Positions 45,943 through 55,693 are shown, numbered from the stretch's first letter. The stretch is 64,000 nt of DNA from Candidatus Dormiibacterota bacterium (GCA_019245575.1 JAFARE010000001.1:268015-332014), one strand, 5' to 3'. Notes: generated from the letters alone by a model not told the origin. Numbers and translations are program-made.

Positions 45943-46389
45943 ATGGTGCGCGACTACGAGCTCATGTACATCGTCCGCCCCGAACTGGACGACGACGCCC
46001 TGCGCGCCACGGTGAAGACTGTGCGCGGACTTCTCGAGGCTCAGGGCGGCCAGGTCATCAAGACCACCCTGTGGGGAAAGCGCCGCCTCGCCTACGAGGT
46101 GCAGCGGCTGCGCGACGGCCACTACGTGCTCATCGTGCTGCGGCTGGACGGCGCCAAGGTCGCGCCGGTGGAGCGCGCGCTGCGCCTGCAGGATGCCGTG
46201 TTCCGCCACCTGCTGGTGCTGCACGAAGGGCCGATGCCGGAGGCCGACGGCGAGATCGAGGAGAGCTCGCTGGAGGCGCCGCCCGCGGACTCGGAGCCGG
46301 GTGGCGATGTCACAACGGCGTCCGCGCAAACAGAGGAAGATGAGGCCGAAGAGGACGTACCCACGGCCAGCGACGAAGGAGACGAGTGA
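45943..46389 (+). CDS. rpsF: 30S ribosomal protein S6
   Basis: VRDYELMYIVRPELD...WGKRRLAYE, with an acidic C-terminal tail. ATG 45943 follows the SD. GTG 45931 sits directly on the SD and is rejected. Confidence 0.9.
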   Translation: MVRDYELMYIVRPELDDDALRATVKTVRGLLEAQGGQVIKTTLWGKRRLAYEVQRLRDGHYVLIVLRLDGAKVAPVERALRLQDAVFRHLLVLHEGPMPEADGEIEESSLEAPPADSEPGGDVTTASAQTEEDEAEEDVPTASDEGDE

Positions 46390-46832
46390 TGGCGGGTTCT
46401 CTCAACCGGGTGATGTTGATCGGCCGGCTCACGCGTGACCCGGAGCTGCGCTACACGCCGAGCGGAACGCCCGTCTGCAACCTCGCCCTGGCGACCAACC
46501 GCTACGGCACCGACACCAACGGCGAGCGCCGCGAGTTCACCGACTACCACGACGTCGTCGTCTGGAACCAGGGCAACCGCAAGCTCGCCGAGCTGTGCAG
46601 CCAGTACCTGCAGAAGGGGCGGCTGGTCTACGTCGAGGGGCGCCTCCAGACGCGCTCCTGGGACGACGCGCAGTCGGGCCAGAAGCGCTACCGCACAGAG
46701 GTCAACGCGTCGGACGTGCAGTTCCTCGACAGCCGCCAGGACGGCGCCGCGGCGCCGGTCTCGCCCGTGCCGGAGCCTGCGGCGGTCGGCGGCGGTGGTG
46801 GCGACGTCGACCCGGACGACATCCCCTTCTGA
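46389..46832 (+). CDS. ssb: Single-stranded DNA-binding protein
   Basis: LNRVMLIGRLTRDPELRYTPSG OB-fold motif and C-terminal DDIPF tip. Confidence 0.9.
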   Translation: MAGSLNRVMLIGRLTRDPELRYTPSGTPVCNLALATNRYGTDTNGERREFTDYHDVVVWNQGNRKLAELCSQYLQKGRLVYVEGRLQTRSWDDAQSGQKRYRTEVNASDVQFLDSRQDGAAAPVSPVPEPAAVGGGGGDVDPDDIPF

Positions 46833-46844
46833 GGACGGTGACCG

Positions 46845-47075
46845 ATGCCTGACTACGACCGGCGGCGGCGCAAGGTCTGCAGCTTCTGCCTGGAGCACGC
46901 CGAGTTCATCGACTACAAGGAGGTGGCGCGCCTGCGCCGCTACCTCTCCGACCGGGGCAAGATCCTGCCCCGGCGCATGACCGGCACGTGCGCCCGGCAC
47001 CAGCGCAGCCTGACGGTCGCGCTCAAACGCGCCCGCCACATCGCGCTCCTGCCCTTCGCCGCCGAGGTGCGCTGA
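46845..47075 (+). CDS. rpsR: 30S ribosomal protein S18
   Basis: 76 aa. [42 protein letters not shown]. Confidence 0.9.
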   Translation: MPDYDRRRRKVCSFCLEHAEFIDYKEVARLRRYLSDRGKILPRRMTGTCARHQRSLTVALKRARHIALLPFAAEVR

Positions 47076-47081
47076 CCCGCC

Positions 47082-47087
47082 TATACT
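47082..47087 (+). promoter_or_regulatory. Putative -10 (TATACT) for the amidase gene
   Basis: TATACT lies 12 nt upstream of ATG 47100. Confidence 0.35.
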
Positions 47088-47099
47088 CGCCGCGGGCCC

Positions 47100-48098
47100 A
47101 TGCGCCTGCGGACGCGTCTTCTCCACGTTCTCGTCCTGTCCGCGGTGATCGCGTTCGGCGCGGTGATCGCCGGGCCGAGCGCACACGCCCAGGCGGCGCA
47201 GAGCGGCGCGCCCACGCCGATCGCCGTCGCCATCGACCCCGGCCACGGCGGCGGCCCCACCCCGTCCGACCCCTCGCTGCCCTGGGACCCCGGCGCCATC
47301 GGCGGGAACGGCGTGGTCGAGAAGAACGTCACGCTGGATGTGGCCAACCGGGCGGCCAACCTTCTGCGCGCCGACCTCGTCGACGTCTCACTGACGCGGA
47401 CCGACGACCGCAGCGTCAGCATCGACCAGCGCGAGCAGGTTGCCATCGACGCGCATGCGGCGGTCTTCGTCAGCATCCACTGCAACTCGTACGCGCCCGA
47501 TTCGACGGTGGGCGGTTCGCTCGTCCTGTATCCCAATGACCGCGGCCTCCCCCTGGCGAACGCCCTCAGCGGCGCGCTGGGCAGAGACCTCGCGTCCGTC
47601 GGGGTGGCGGCGGACGGGGTGCAGCTGCGCGACAACTGGTGGACCCACGCGCCCATGCCCACGTCCACCGTGGAGATGGCCTACCTCAGCAATCCGCGCG
47701 AAGCGGCGCTGATGGCCGGACCCGAGTTCCGCGAGCAGGTCGCGGGCGCCATCCGTGACGGCATCGAGGCCTTCGACCCGCAGATCCGCGCCAGGCGCGC
47801 CCAGATCCTCGCGTGGGAGCAGGCACATCCGGCGGCGACGCCGCATCCTCCCGCGGCAGCCGCCTCGACCGCTGCTCCGCCTGTCTCCTCGTTCCCAGCC
47901 GGCGCGGTGCTGGCATTGCTCACGGTTGCGCTGGCCGTGGCTGCCATCCTCACGCTGCCGGCGGGCAGCGGCGTTCGCCGTCGCATGGCGAGGCGGCGAC
48001 GGCGGCGCACGCTCAGCACCGGTGTCGCCCGGCGCACCCGGCTCGCACCGCACAGCGTGTACGCGGGCCACTCCGTGTACGACGACCTGGCGCTCTGA
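47100..48098 (+). CDS. N-acetylmuramoyl-L-alanine amidase (Amidase_3) with C-terminal TM anchor
   Basis: Signal peptide, VAIDPGHGG, EKNVTLDVA, FVSIHCNS and VEMAYLSNP motifs. Hydrophobic segment near the C-terminus. Confidence 0.85.
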   Translation: MRLRTRLLHVLVLSAVIAFGAVIAGPSAHAQAAQSGAPTPIAVAIDPGHGGGPTPSDPSLPWDPGAIGGNGVVEKNVTLDVANRAANLLRADLVDVSLTRTDDRSVSIDQREQVAIDAHAAVFVSIHCNSYAPDSTVGGSLVLYPNDRGLPLANALSGALGRDLASVGVAADGVQLRDNWWTHAPMPTSTVEMAYLSNPREAALMAGPEFREQVAGAIRDGIEAFDPQIRARRAQILAWEQAHPAATPHPPAAAASTAAPPVSSFPAGAVLALLTVALAVAAILTLPAGSGVRRRMARRRRRRTLSTGVARRTRLAPHSVYAGHSVYDDLAL

Positions 48099-48179
48099 CG
48101 CGCCGTGGCGCGCCCGGCCGGCGCAGGGGCGGTTGGTAGACTCGGCGTGACCCGTCCGCCGCTCTCACAGGACAACTCC

Positions 48180-49358
48180 ATGCTCGAACAACAGCTGCGG
48201 GTACCCGGACCGACTCCCCTTCCAGAGCGCGTTGTGCGCTCCGCGTCGCGGCCGATGATCAACCATCGCGGTCCAGAGTTCGCCGCGCTGCTCGACGACA
48301 TCACGGCCGGCCTGCGTTGGGCGCTGCGCACCGACAACGACGTCCTGATCTTCCCGGCCAGCGGCACAGGAGGGCTCGAGGCGGCGGTGGTCAACACGTG
48401 CAGCCCGGGGGAGCGCGCGCTGTTCTGCACCGTGGGCTCGTTCGGCGACCGCTGGGCCGCGGTCGGCGAGGCGTACGGCGTCGACGTGGTGCGTCTGGCG
48501 ATGCCGCCGGGTGAAGCGGTCGACCCCGAGGATGTGGAGCGGATCCTCGCGGAAAACCCTGACATCACGTCGGTGTTCATCACGCACAACGAGACGTCCA
48601 CCGGCGTCACCAACGACATTCGCGCGCTGGCGGCCGTGGTCAAGAGCCGCGGCAAGCTGCTCTGCGTGGACAGCGTGAGCGGCGCGGGATGCATACCGCT
48701 GGAAACCGACGCGTGGGGGATCGACATCGCGGTCACCGGCTCGCAGAAGGGCTGGATGGCGCCGCCCGGTGTGGCCATGGTGGCGGTGAGCTCAGCCGCG
48801 TACGAGCGCAGCCAGACTGCGCGATGCCCTCGGTTCTACTTCGACTTCGCGCGCGAGAAGAAGTACCAGGACAAGAAGCAGACCTTCACCACGCCCGCGG
48901 TCGCCGTGCTGTATGCGATGCAGGAAGGCCTCGCCATCATGCGCGAGGAAGGGCTCGAGGCCGTGTGGGCGCGCCACGCGCGCGTGGGGCGCATGGTGCG
49001 CGCCGGTGTCGAGGCGGTGGGGCTCAAGCTGCTCGCGGCGGAGGGCCATCGCAGCGACACCGTGACCGCCGTGCACAGCCCAGCCGACTCACCGGAAGCG
49101 CTCAAGGAGCTGCTCACCGTCCTGCGCACGCAGTACGGGCTCGTGCTCGCCGGCGGCCAGGACTCGCTCACGGGCAAGATCTTCCGCATCGGCCACCTCG
49201 GCATGATTGACGACGCCGACGTGTACACGATCCTGTGCACGCTGGAGCAGGGATTGGTCGACGTCGGTCTGCGCAGCCGCGTCGGTCTCGCCGCCGCCGC
49301 GGCGCAGTCCGCGTCGCGGGCGCGCGAAGCGGAGCCCGAGCCCGCGCAGGTGCGGTGA
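48180..49358 (+). CDS. Class V aminotransferase (serine-pyruvate / alanine-glyoxylate type; possible phosphoserine aminotransferase role)
   Basis: PGPTPLPERV..A....MINHRGPEF N-terminus and a PLP-lysine region (SQKG). ATG 48180 lies within ORF 48105-49358. GTGA coupling to serA. Confidence 0.85.
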   Translation: MLEQQLRVPGPTPLPERVVRSASRPMINHRGPEFAALLDDITAGLRWALRTDNDVLIFPASGTGGLEAAVVNTCSPGERALFCTVGSFGDRWAAVGEAYGVDVVRLAMPPGEAVDPEDVERILAENPDITSVFITHNETSTGVTNDIRALAAVVKSRGKLLCVDSVSGAGCIPLETDAWGIDIAVTGSQKGWMAPPGVAMVAVSSAAYERSQTARCPRFYFDFAREKKYQDKKQTFTTPAVAVLYAMQEGLAIMREEGLEAVWARHARVGRMVRAGVEAVGLKLLAAEGHRSDTVTAVHSPADSPEALKELLTVLRTQYGLVLAGGQDSLTGKIFRIGHLGMIDDADVYTILCTLEQGLVDVGLRSRVGLAAAAAQSASRAREAEPEPAQVR

Positions 49359-50971
49359 GCGTCGCGACGCCGCCGCGGCCCGCGAACGCCACCGCGACTC
49401 GCATCCTCGTCGCCGACCCCATCGCGGATGACGGCGTCGAGCGCCTGCGCGCAGCCGGCGAGGTCGACGTCGCCACCGGGCTCGGCGCACAGCAGCTCGC
49501 CGAGCGCATCGCGGAGTACGACGCGCTAGTCGTGCGCAGCGAGACCAAGGTGACGGCTGCGCTGCTCGAGGCGGCCGCCCGGCTCCGCGTCGTCGGCCGT
49601 GCCGGCGTGGGGGTCGACAACATCGACATCGGCGCGTGCACCGAGCGCGGCATCCTCGTGCTCAACGCGCCCACGGGGAACACGATCGCCGCTGCCGAGC
49701 ATGCCGTGGCGATGCTCTTTGCGCTGGCGCGCAACATCCCCGCCGCCGACCGCTCGCTGCACGAGGGCCGCTGGGAGCGGTCGCGCTTTCTCGGCATGGA
49801 GCTGCGCGAGAAGACGCTCGGCGTCCTGGGGCTGGGCAAGATCGGCTTCGAGGTCGCGCGCGTGGCGCGCGAGGGCCTGCGCATGCGCGTGCTCGCGCAC
49901 GACCCGCTGGTCACACCGGACCGCGCCCACCAGGCGGGCGCCGAGCTGTGTGACATGGACACGCTGCTCGCGCAGAGCGACATCCTCACCATGCACGTGC
50001 CGCTCACCGACGTGACGCGCGGGGTGATCGGCGCGCGCGAGCTCGCCCGCATGAAGGAGGGGGCGCGCCTGGTCAACGTCGCACGGGGCGGCATCATCGA
50101 CGAGGCCGCGCTGGCCGCCGCGATCGAGAAGGGTCACATCGCGGGCGCGGCCATCGACGTCTTCGTGCAGGAGCCGCCTCCCGCCGACCACCCGCTGCTG
50201 CAGCTGCCCCAGGTGGTGGTGACGCCGCACCTCGGCGCCAGCACGCACGAGGCGCAGGTCAACGTCGCTTTCGACGTCGCCGACCAGATCGTCGAGTACC
50301 TCAACGGCGGCACGCCGCGATACGCGGTGAACGCGCCCACCATGCTGCCCGAGGAGCTGGAGCAGCTGCGGCCCTACCTCGAGGTTGCGGAGAAGATCGG
50401 CCTGCTGGCCGCGCAGCTCGCAGGCGAGAAGCTGCGGCGGGTCGTCTGCAGCTACGCGGGGGAGCTGGCGGAGCACGACACGTCGATCCTCACCAGCCAG
50501 GTGCTGCGCGGCCTCTTCGCTCCGTTCACGGAGACGCGGGTCAACCAGGTCAACGCCAAGCTCGTGGCCCGCTCCATGGGGGTCGACGTCGACGAGCGCC
50601 ACACCACGCGGCCGATGAACCCGGAGAGCCCGCTCCTGGTCGAGGTGGTCGGCGACGAGCGTCTCCGCCTGGCGGGCACGCAATTCGACTCCGTGCCGCG
50701 CATCACGCGCATCAACGACTTCCGGGTCGACATGCAGCCGGCGGGCACGTTCCTCGTCGTGACCCACGAGGACCGCCCCGGGGTGATCGCGGCCGTCTCG
50801 TCACTTCTGGCCAAGAACGACATCAACATCGCACGCATCGAGCTGGGGCGCGACCGTCCCCGCGGCCGCGCCGTGATGATCATGCAGATCGACGACCCCG
50901 TGGACACCCCGCTGCTGGAGGAGCTGCGCACAACGGCGCGCCTCGAGCAACTGCGACAGGTCCGTCTCTAA
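49355..50971 (+). CDS. serA: D-3-phosphoglycerate dehydrogenase
   Basis: 538 aa. NAD motif GVLGLGKIGFEVA, a catalytic domain and a C-terminal ACT domain. GTG 49355 overlaps the upstream stop. Confidence 0.9.
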   Translation: MSVATPPRPANATATRILVADPIADDGVERLRAAGEVDVATGLGAQQLAERIAEYDALVVRSETKVTAALLEAAARLRVVGRAGVGVDNIDIGACTERGILVLNAPTGNTIAAAEHAVAMLFALARNIPAADRSLHEGRWERSRFLGMELREKTLGVLGLGKIGFEVARVAREGLRMRVLAHDPLVTPDRAHQAGAELCDMDTLLAQSDILTMHVPLTDVTRGVIGARELARMKEGARLVNVARGGIIDEAALAAAIEKGHIAGAAIDVFVQEPPPADHPLLQLPQVVVTPHLGASTHEAQVNVAFDVADQIVEYLNGGTPRYAVNAPTMLPEELEQLRPYLEVAEKIGLLAAQLAGEKLRRVVCSYAGELAEHDTSILTSQVLRGLFAPFTETRVNQVNAKLVARSMGVDVDERHTTRPMNPESPLLVEVVGDERLRLAGTQFDSVPRITRINDFRVDMQPAGTFLVVTHEDRPGVIAAVSSLLAKNDINIARIELGRDRPRGRAVMIMQIDDPVDTPLLEELRTTARLEQLRQVRL

Positions 50972-50979
50972 CAGCCGCG

Positions 50980-52263
50980 GTGGTGGCCCGCGTCCACGCC
51001 CTGCGCGGGATCCGCTACAACGCCGCGCACGTGCGTCTGGGCGGGGTGCTGGCGCCGCCGTACGACGTGATCACGCCGGCGCAGCTCGACGCGCTGTACG
51101 GACGCGACCTGCGCAACGTGGTCCGCATCGACTGCGGCATGGCGTACGACGACGACGTTCCGGGCGAGAACGACCGGTACACGCGGGCCCGCGATTTCCT
51201 CGAGTCCTGGCTGTCCCTGGGCATCCTCACGGAGGACCCGGCCGCCGCCCTCTACGTGGCCGACCAGGAGTTCACCGCCCCCGAGGGCGGCGTGGCACAT
51301 CGCCGCGGGCTGCTCGCGCTGGTGCCGGCGCGGCCCTGGGACGCGCGGGAGCTGCTGCCCCATGAGCGGACGCTCAGCGCCGCCAAGGAGGACCGCCTCG
51401 CGCTCATGCGGGCCACGCGCGCCCAGACGAGCCCGGTCTTCGCGGTGTGGAACGGCGCCGCCGGCATCGACGCTGCCTTGCGCGCCGCCACCGCGGGCCC
51501 GCCGATCCTCGGCGGCCGCACCGACGGCGAGATGGGCTCGGAGAAGCACCTGCTCTGGCGCGTCGACGATCCCGAGACCGTGTCCGCCATCCGCGAGGCG
51601 CTGAGCGCCGCCCGCCTCTACGTCGCCGACGGCCATCACCGCTACGAGACCGCGGTGGCATACGCGGCCGAGCGGCGCGCCGCCGAGCCGTCCGCTCCGC
51701 CTGACGCGCCCTTCGAGTTCTGCCTGGTGTGCCTGGCTGCGGCCGACGACCCCGCGCTCTTCATCCTGCCCACCCACCGCCTGGTGCGTCCCGGGCCCGG
51801 GCTCGCCTTCAGCATCGACGACCTCTGGGCGCGGCTCGACGACCGCTGGGAGCTCGAGCCCGCACCGGACGTGCGCACCGCGCTCGACGCGAGCGCCGCG
51901 GCGCGGGCCGGCCACCACGCCTTCGCGGTGGTGGCGCACGACGGGGTCGCCGTGCTGCGCCGGCGCCGCGAGCCGCAGGGGTCGCCGCGCGACGGGCTCG
52001 ACGCCACGGTCCTGGAGCGCGAGGTGCTCGAGCCTGCGGGGGTGGGGACGGCTGCCATCCGGGAGGGCGCCCTCGCCTACACGCGCGACGCGGCCGAGCT
52101 GGAGGCCGCCGTGCGCCGGCGGGACGCCGTCCTGGGCTTCGGGCTGCAGCCGGCGACCACGGCGGAGGTCATCGCGGTCGCCGACGCCGCCGAGACCATG
52201 CCCCAGAAGTCGACGTACTTCTACCCCAAGGTGCCCACCGGCCTGGTGCTCCACCCGGTGTGA
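50980..52263 (+). CDS. DUF1015 domain protein
   Basis: 427 aa. The N-terminal motif LRGIRYN......GGVLAPPYDVI is typical of DUF1015. Confidence 0.8.
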   Translation: MVARVHALRGIRYNAAHVRLGGVLAPPYDVITPAQLDALYGRDLRNVVRIDCGMAYDDDVPGENDRYTRARDFLESWLSLGILTEDPAAALYVADQEFTAPEGGVAHRRGLLALVPARPWDARELLPHERTLSAAKEDRLALMRATRAQTSPVFAVWNGAAGIDAALRAATAGPPILGGRTDGEMGSEKHLLWRVDDPETVSAIREALSAARLYVADGHHRYETAVAYAAERRAAEPSAPPDAPFEFCLVCLAAADDPALFILPTHRLVRPGPGLAFSIDDLWARLDDRWELEPAPDVRTALDASAAARAGHHAFAVVAHDGVAVLRRRREPQGSPRDGLDATVLEREVLEPAGVGTAAIREGALAYTRDAAELEAAVRRRDAVLGFGLQPATTAEVIAVADAAETMPQKSTYFYPKVPTGLVLHPV

Positions 52264-52309
52264 CCGGCAATTGACGCGTTGGGTTTGGCCGGTGCTGTCG
52301 CAGGGTAGG

Positions 52310-52315
52310 TAGGCT
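52310..52315 (+). promoter_or_regulatory. Putative -10 (TAGGCT) for the FmdB-like gene
   Basis: TAGGCT lies 12 nt upstream of ATG 52328. Confidence 0.3.
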
Positions 52316-52327
52316 GGTAGACACGCC

Positions 52328-52621
52328 ATGCCGACGTACGGTTACCGCTGCCCCTCGTGCTCCACGGAGTTCGACGTGTGGCAGCGCATGTCCGACGAGC
52401 CCGCGGCGGCCTGCCCCTCCTGCGGCGCGGCGGCGCACCGCCTCTTCTTCCCCGCCGGCATCGTGTTCAAGGGCACCGGTTTCTACGCCACCGACAACCG
52501 CAGCAAGAGCGGCTCGGGCGGCGACGGGGCCAAGAAGCCGAAGAGCAGCGGCGACAGCGCATCGTCGACACCACCCGCGACGTCCACCGATTCCTCATCG
52601 ACGCCGGCGAAGACCAGTTGA
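52328..52621 (+). CDS. FmdB family zinc-ribbon protein
   Basis: MPTYGYRCPSCSTEFDVWQRMSD.....CPSCG is the CxxC_CxxC_SSSS signature. Low-complexity Ser/Gly tail. Confidence 0.75.
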   Translation: MPTYGYRCPSCSTEFDVWQRMSDEPAAACPSCGAAAHRLFFPAGIVFKGTGFYATDNRSKSGSGGDGAKKPKSSGDSASSTPPATSTDSSSTPAKTS

Positions 52622-52661
52622 GTAGCATGCGACACGCGCGCGCACCACATAGGAGATCTCC

Positions 52662-52991
52662 ATGTCCGCTCCCCTGACGGTGACCGACACGACCTTCAAG
52701 CAAGAGGTCCTCGACTCGCCGGTGCCGGTCCTCGTCGACTTCTGGGCGGCGTGGTGCTCCCCGTGCAAGATGATCGCGCCCATCGTCGAGCAGCTCGCCG
52801 CCGAGTACGACGGCCAGCTCAAGGTGGCCAAGGTCGACGTCGACGCGAACCCGATCACGCCGGGGATGTTCGGCATCATGAGCATCCCGACCCTGATGGT
52901 CTTCCGCGGCGGCAAGGCGGAGGAGCGCATCGTGGGATACCAGCCGAAGCAGGCGCTGGAGGCGAAGGTCCAGGCGGTTCTCGCCGCCTAG
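52662..52991 (+). CDS. trxA: Thioredoxin
   Basis: 109 aa. VLVDFWAAWCSPCKMIAP (active site CSPC instead of CGPC). AGGAGA lies 5 nt upstream. Confidence 0.9.
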   Translation: MSAPLTVTDTTFKQEVLDSPVPVLVDFWAAWCSPCKMIAPIVEQLAAEYDGQLKVAKVDVDANPITPGMFGIMSIPTLMVFRGGKAEERIVGYQPKQALEAKVQAVLAA

Positions 52992-54274
52992 ACGCCGAGC
53001 TGCTGCAGCACCTCACCCACCAGGTAGAGGCTGCCGCACACCAGCACCAGGCCATCCGCTCCGGCGAGCTCGCGTGCACGGAGCAGCGCATCGCGCACCC
53101 GCGGCTCGGCGCGCGCCGGAGGCGTGAAGTGACCCGCCAGCTCCTGCGCTGGCGCGGCGCGCTGCACATCCGGCGTGGTGGTGACCACTGCGATGTCACC
53201 CGCGCTTTGCAGCGCGCGCGCCATGCCCGCCGCGTCCTTGTCGCGCATGGCGGCGAACACCGCGACGACGCGCGTCCGGTCTGACGCCAGCGTCCGCAGA
53301 GCGCTCGCCAGCGCGGTCATCCCCGCCGGGTTGTGCGCGGCGTCGAGCAGCAGCGGTGGCGATCCGTCGATCCACTGCATGCGTCCCGGCCACCGCACCG
53401 TCTCGCAACCCCGGCGCACCGCCGCTGCGTCGACGGCGAAGCCGCGCGCGCGGAGCGCGTCGCACACTGCGACCGCCGTGACCACGTTGCCGGCCTGATG
53501 CAGGCCCAGGAGCGGCGCGCGCACCGTCATCCGCTCGCTGTCGAACGACACGTGCACGGCGAGACCGTCGCGGCCGCGGTCCTCGGCGCCGAGCAGCGCA
53601 GGGTCGACCGCGGCCAGCACGGCGCCGGCCTCACGACATCGTTCCCGCACGATCTCCAGCGCAACACCGTGTGCGGCGGTGACCGCTGTGTCGCCGGGTT
53701 TGATGATCGCCGCCTTCTCGCGCGCGATCGCCTCCACTGTGGCACCCAGGTGCTCGGTGTGGTCCAGCGCGACATTGGTGATGGCGGCGACGCCGAGGTC
53801 CAGCACGTTGGTGCTGTCCAGCCGTCCGCCCATGCCCACCTCGCACACGACGGCGCCGGCGTGCTGCCGCGCGGCAAACAGCACGCCCGCGGCCGTGAGC
53901 ATCTCGAACCCGGTGGGCTGCAGATCCCCCGGCAGCGTCGCCGCGGCAGCGCCCACGTCGCCGATCAGCGCGGCGAAGCCGTCCTCGCTGACACGCTCGC
54001 CGTCCACCGCGAGGCGCTCGCAATAGGAGATGAGGTGGGGCTTGGTGAGCAGCACCGTGCGCACGCCGGCCGCGCGCAGCACGGAGTCGACGAGCGCGCA
54101 CACCGAACCCTTGCCGTTGGTGCCGGCAACGAGCACGCCGCGCAACGCCGTCTGCGGGTTGCCCAACGCCGCCAGCAGCGCCTCCGTCCGCTCCAGGCCG
54201 GGCTTGATACCGCGCCACGACACGGCGTCGATGGCCGCCAGGGCACGCTCATACGGCGACGCCGTCAGCGCCAC
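52988..54274 (-). CDS. folC: Bifunctional folylpolyglutamate synthase / dihydrofolate synthase
   Basis: VAGTNGKGSV P-loop and Mur-ligase-like domains. The start is GTG 54274 (10-nt overlap with the upstream ORF) or the ORF-track start at 54343. Confidence 0.85.
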   Translation of the reverse strand: MALTASPYERALAAIDAVSWRGIKPGLERTEALLAALGNPQTALRGVLVAGTNGKGSVCALVDSVLRAAGVRTVLLTKPHLISYCERLAVDGERVSEDGFAALIGDVGAAAATLPGDLQPTGFEMLTAAGVLFAARQHAGAVVCEVGMGGRLDSTNVLDLGVAAITNVALDHTEHLGATVEAIAREKAAIIKPGDTAVTAAHGVALEIVRERCREAGAVLAAVDPALLGAEDRGRDGLAVHVSFDSERMTVRAPLLGLHQAGNVVTAVAVCDALRARGFAVDAAAVRRGCETVRWPGRMQWIDGSPPLLLDAAHNPAGMTALASALRTLASDRTRVVAVFAAMRDKDAAGMARALQSAGDIAVVTTTPDVQRAAPAQELAGHFTPPARAEPRVRDALLRARELAGADGLVLVCGSLYLVGEVLQQLGV

Positions 54275-54822
54275 GGCCAGCTCTCGGCCATCGCGTCGCC
54301 CTCGCCCGGCCGCTGCACTCGGCGGCGCAACGCGCGCATCCACGCTTCCGCGCGCTCGTCACCGGCATCGATGGACTCGACCGACGCGTCGCGGTGCAGC
54401 GCTCCCGTCTGGTGCGCGACCGCTGCCTGGAAGTCCTGGTACTCGAGCAGCGTGCGCGCGTCGACGGCGCATCGCGGTGCGCCACCGACGCACACCGTGA
54501 AGTGAAACTCGCGCCCGCTGTGCTCGTCGAAGGTGGACTCGGGCAGCACCGTGAAGTCGGGCAGGGACGGCACCAGCGCCGCGATGCGGTCCAGCCACGC
54601 GCGCTGCGGGTCCGGCGCGCTCGTCACGGACTCGTCGTCGAACAGCTCGCCGGTCAGCGAGAGCACCGCGGCCTGGAACTGGCGCAGGTACAGCAGGTCG
54701 GCGCCGCTCATGGCGACGCTGCCCAGCGCCGCGCCGTCGTCGCCGATGAAGGTGACGCCGAAGGGGCGCGCATACGGCTTGCGCGCCTCGTGCTCCGACC
54801 AGCGCACCTGCAGCCCGGCCAC
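54265..54822 (-). CDS. Hypothetical protein embedded in the folate operon
   Basis: 185 aa, very high GC3, soluble-looking. GTG 54822 lies 1 nt after the folD stop and the 3' end overlaps folC. No family recognised. Confidence 0.55.
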   Translation of the reverse strand: MAGLQVRWSEHEARKPYARPFGVTFIGDDGAALGSVAMSGADLLYLRQFQAAVLSLTGELFDDESVTSAPDPQRAWLDRIAALVPSLPDFTVLPESTFDEHSGREFHFTVCVGGAPRCAVDARTLLEYQDFQAAVAHQTGALHRDASVESIDAGDERAEAWMRALRRRVQRPGEGDAMAESWPWR

Positions 54823-54823
54823 G

Positions 54824-55693
54824 TCAGGCGCTGACGGGCGCTCGCCGCCGCAATGCCGCGAGTGCGACCGTGTTGCGCAGCAGCATTGCGATCGTCATCG
54901 GCCCGACACCGCCGGGGACGGGTGTCAGCCAGCCCGCGACCGGCTCCACGCTGACGCGGTCAACGTCGCCGCGCACACCGTCCGGCGTCGGCGTCGTGCC
55001 CACGTCGATCACGCATGCGCCGGGTTTGACGAAGCGCTCGTCGATCATGCCCGGACGGCCCGTCGCGGCGACAAGGATGTCCGCCTCGCGGCACACGCCG
55101 GCGAGATCCGGCGTCCTGGAGTGGCACACGGTGACGGTTGCGTCGGCGTTGGTGAGCATCGCGGCGAGCGGGCGACCGACGATGGTGCTTCGCCCCACCA
55201 CGACCGCGCGGCGGCCCGCGATGGGCACGTCGTAGCGGCGCACCAGCTCCATGCATCCCTGCGGTGTGCACGGGGTGACCACGCCGGGGCTGCCCTCGGC
55301 GAGGCGTCCGAAGTTGAGCGGATGAAAACCATCCGCGTCCTTTGCGGGGGACACCGCCTCGATGACCGCGCGGCTGTCGACCTGCGGTGGCAGCGGCAGC
55401 TGCACGAGGATCGCGTCCACCGAGGCGTCATCGTTGAGGTCGCCGACCAGGCGCAGCACGTCTGCGCTGGTGAGGTCGGAGGGCTGCTGCAACAGCTGGA
55501 ACGCGATACCCGCGCGCTCCGCGGCCCGCCCCTTGTTGCGCACGTACAGCGCCGAGGCTTCGTTGTCACCCACGAGCACGACGGACAGGCCCGGCGCCGA
55601 CAGCCCCTGATCGCGCAATGCGGCGCAGTCGCGCGCCACCTCCTCACGGATCGACGCGGCCACGGCCTTGCCGTCGATGATGACCGCGCTCAC
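54824..55693 (-). CDS. folD: Bifunctional methylenetetrahydrofolate dehydrogenase / methenyl-THF cyclohydrolase
   Basis: IIDGKAVAASIREEV..., VLVGDNEASALYVRNK, and the DGFHPLN and GRS.IVGRP motifs. Confidence 0.9.
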   Translation of the reverse strand: MSAVIIDGKAVAASIREEVARDCAALRDQGLSAPGLSVVLVGDNEASALYVRNKGRAAERAGIAFQLLQQPSDLTSADVLRLVGDLNDDASVDAILVQLPLPPQVDSRAVIEAVSPAKDADGFHPLNFGRLAEGSPGVVTPCTPQGCMELVRRYDVPIAGRRAVVVGRSTIVGRPLAAMLTNADATVTVCHSRTPDLAGVCREADILVAATGRPGMIDERFVKPGACVIDVGTTPTPDGVRGDVDRVSVEPVAGWLTPVPGGVGPMTIAMLLRNTVALAALRRRAPVSA

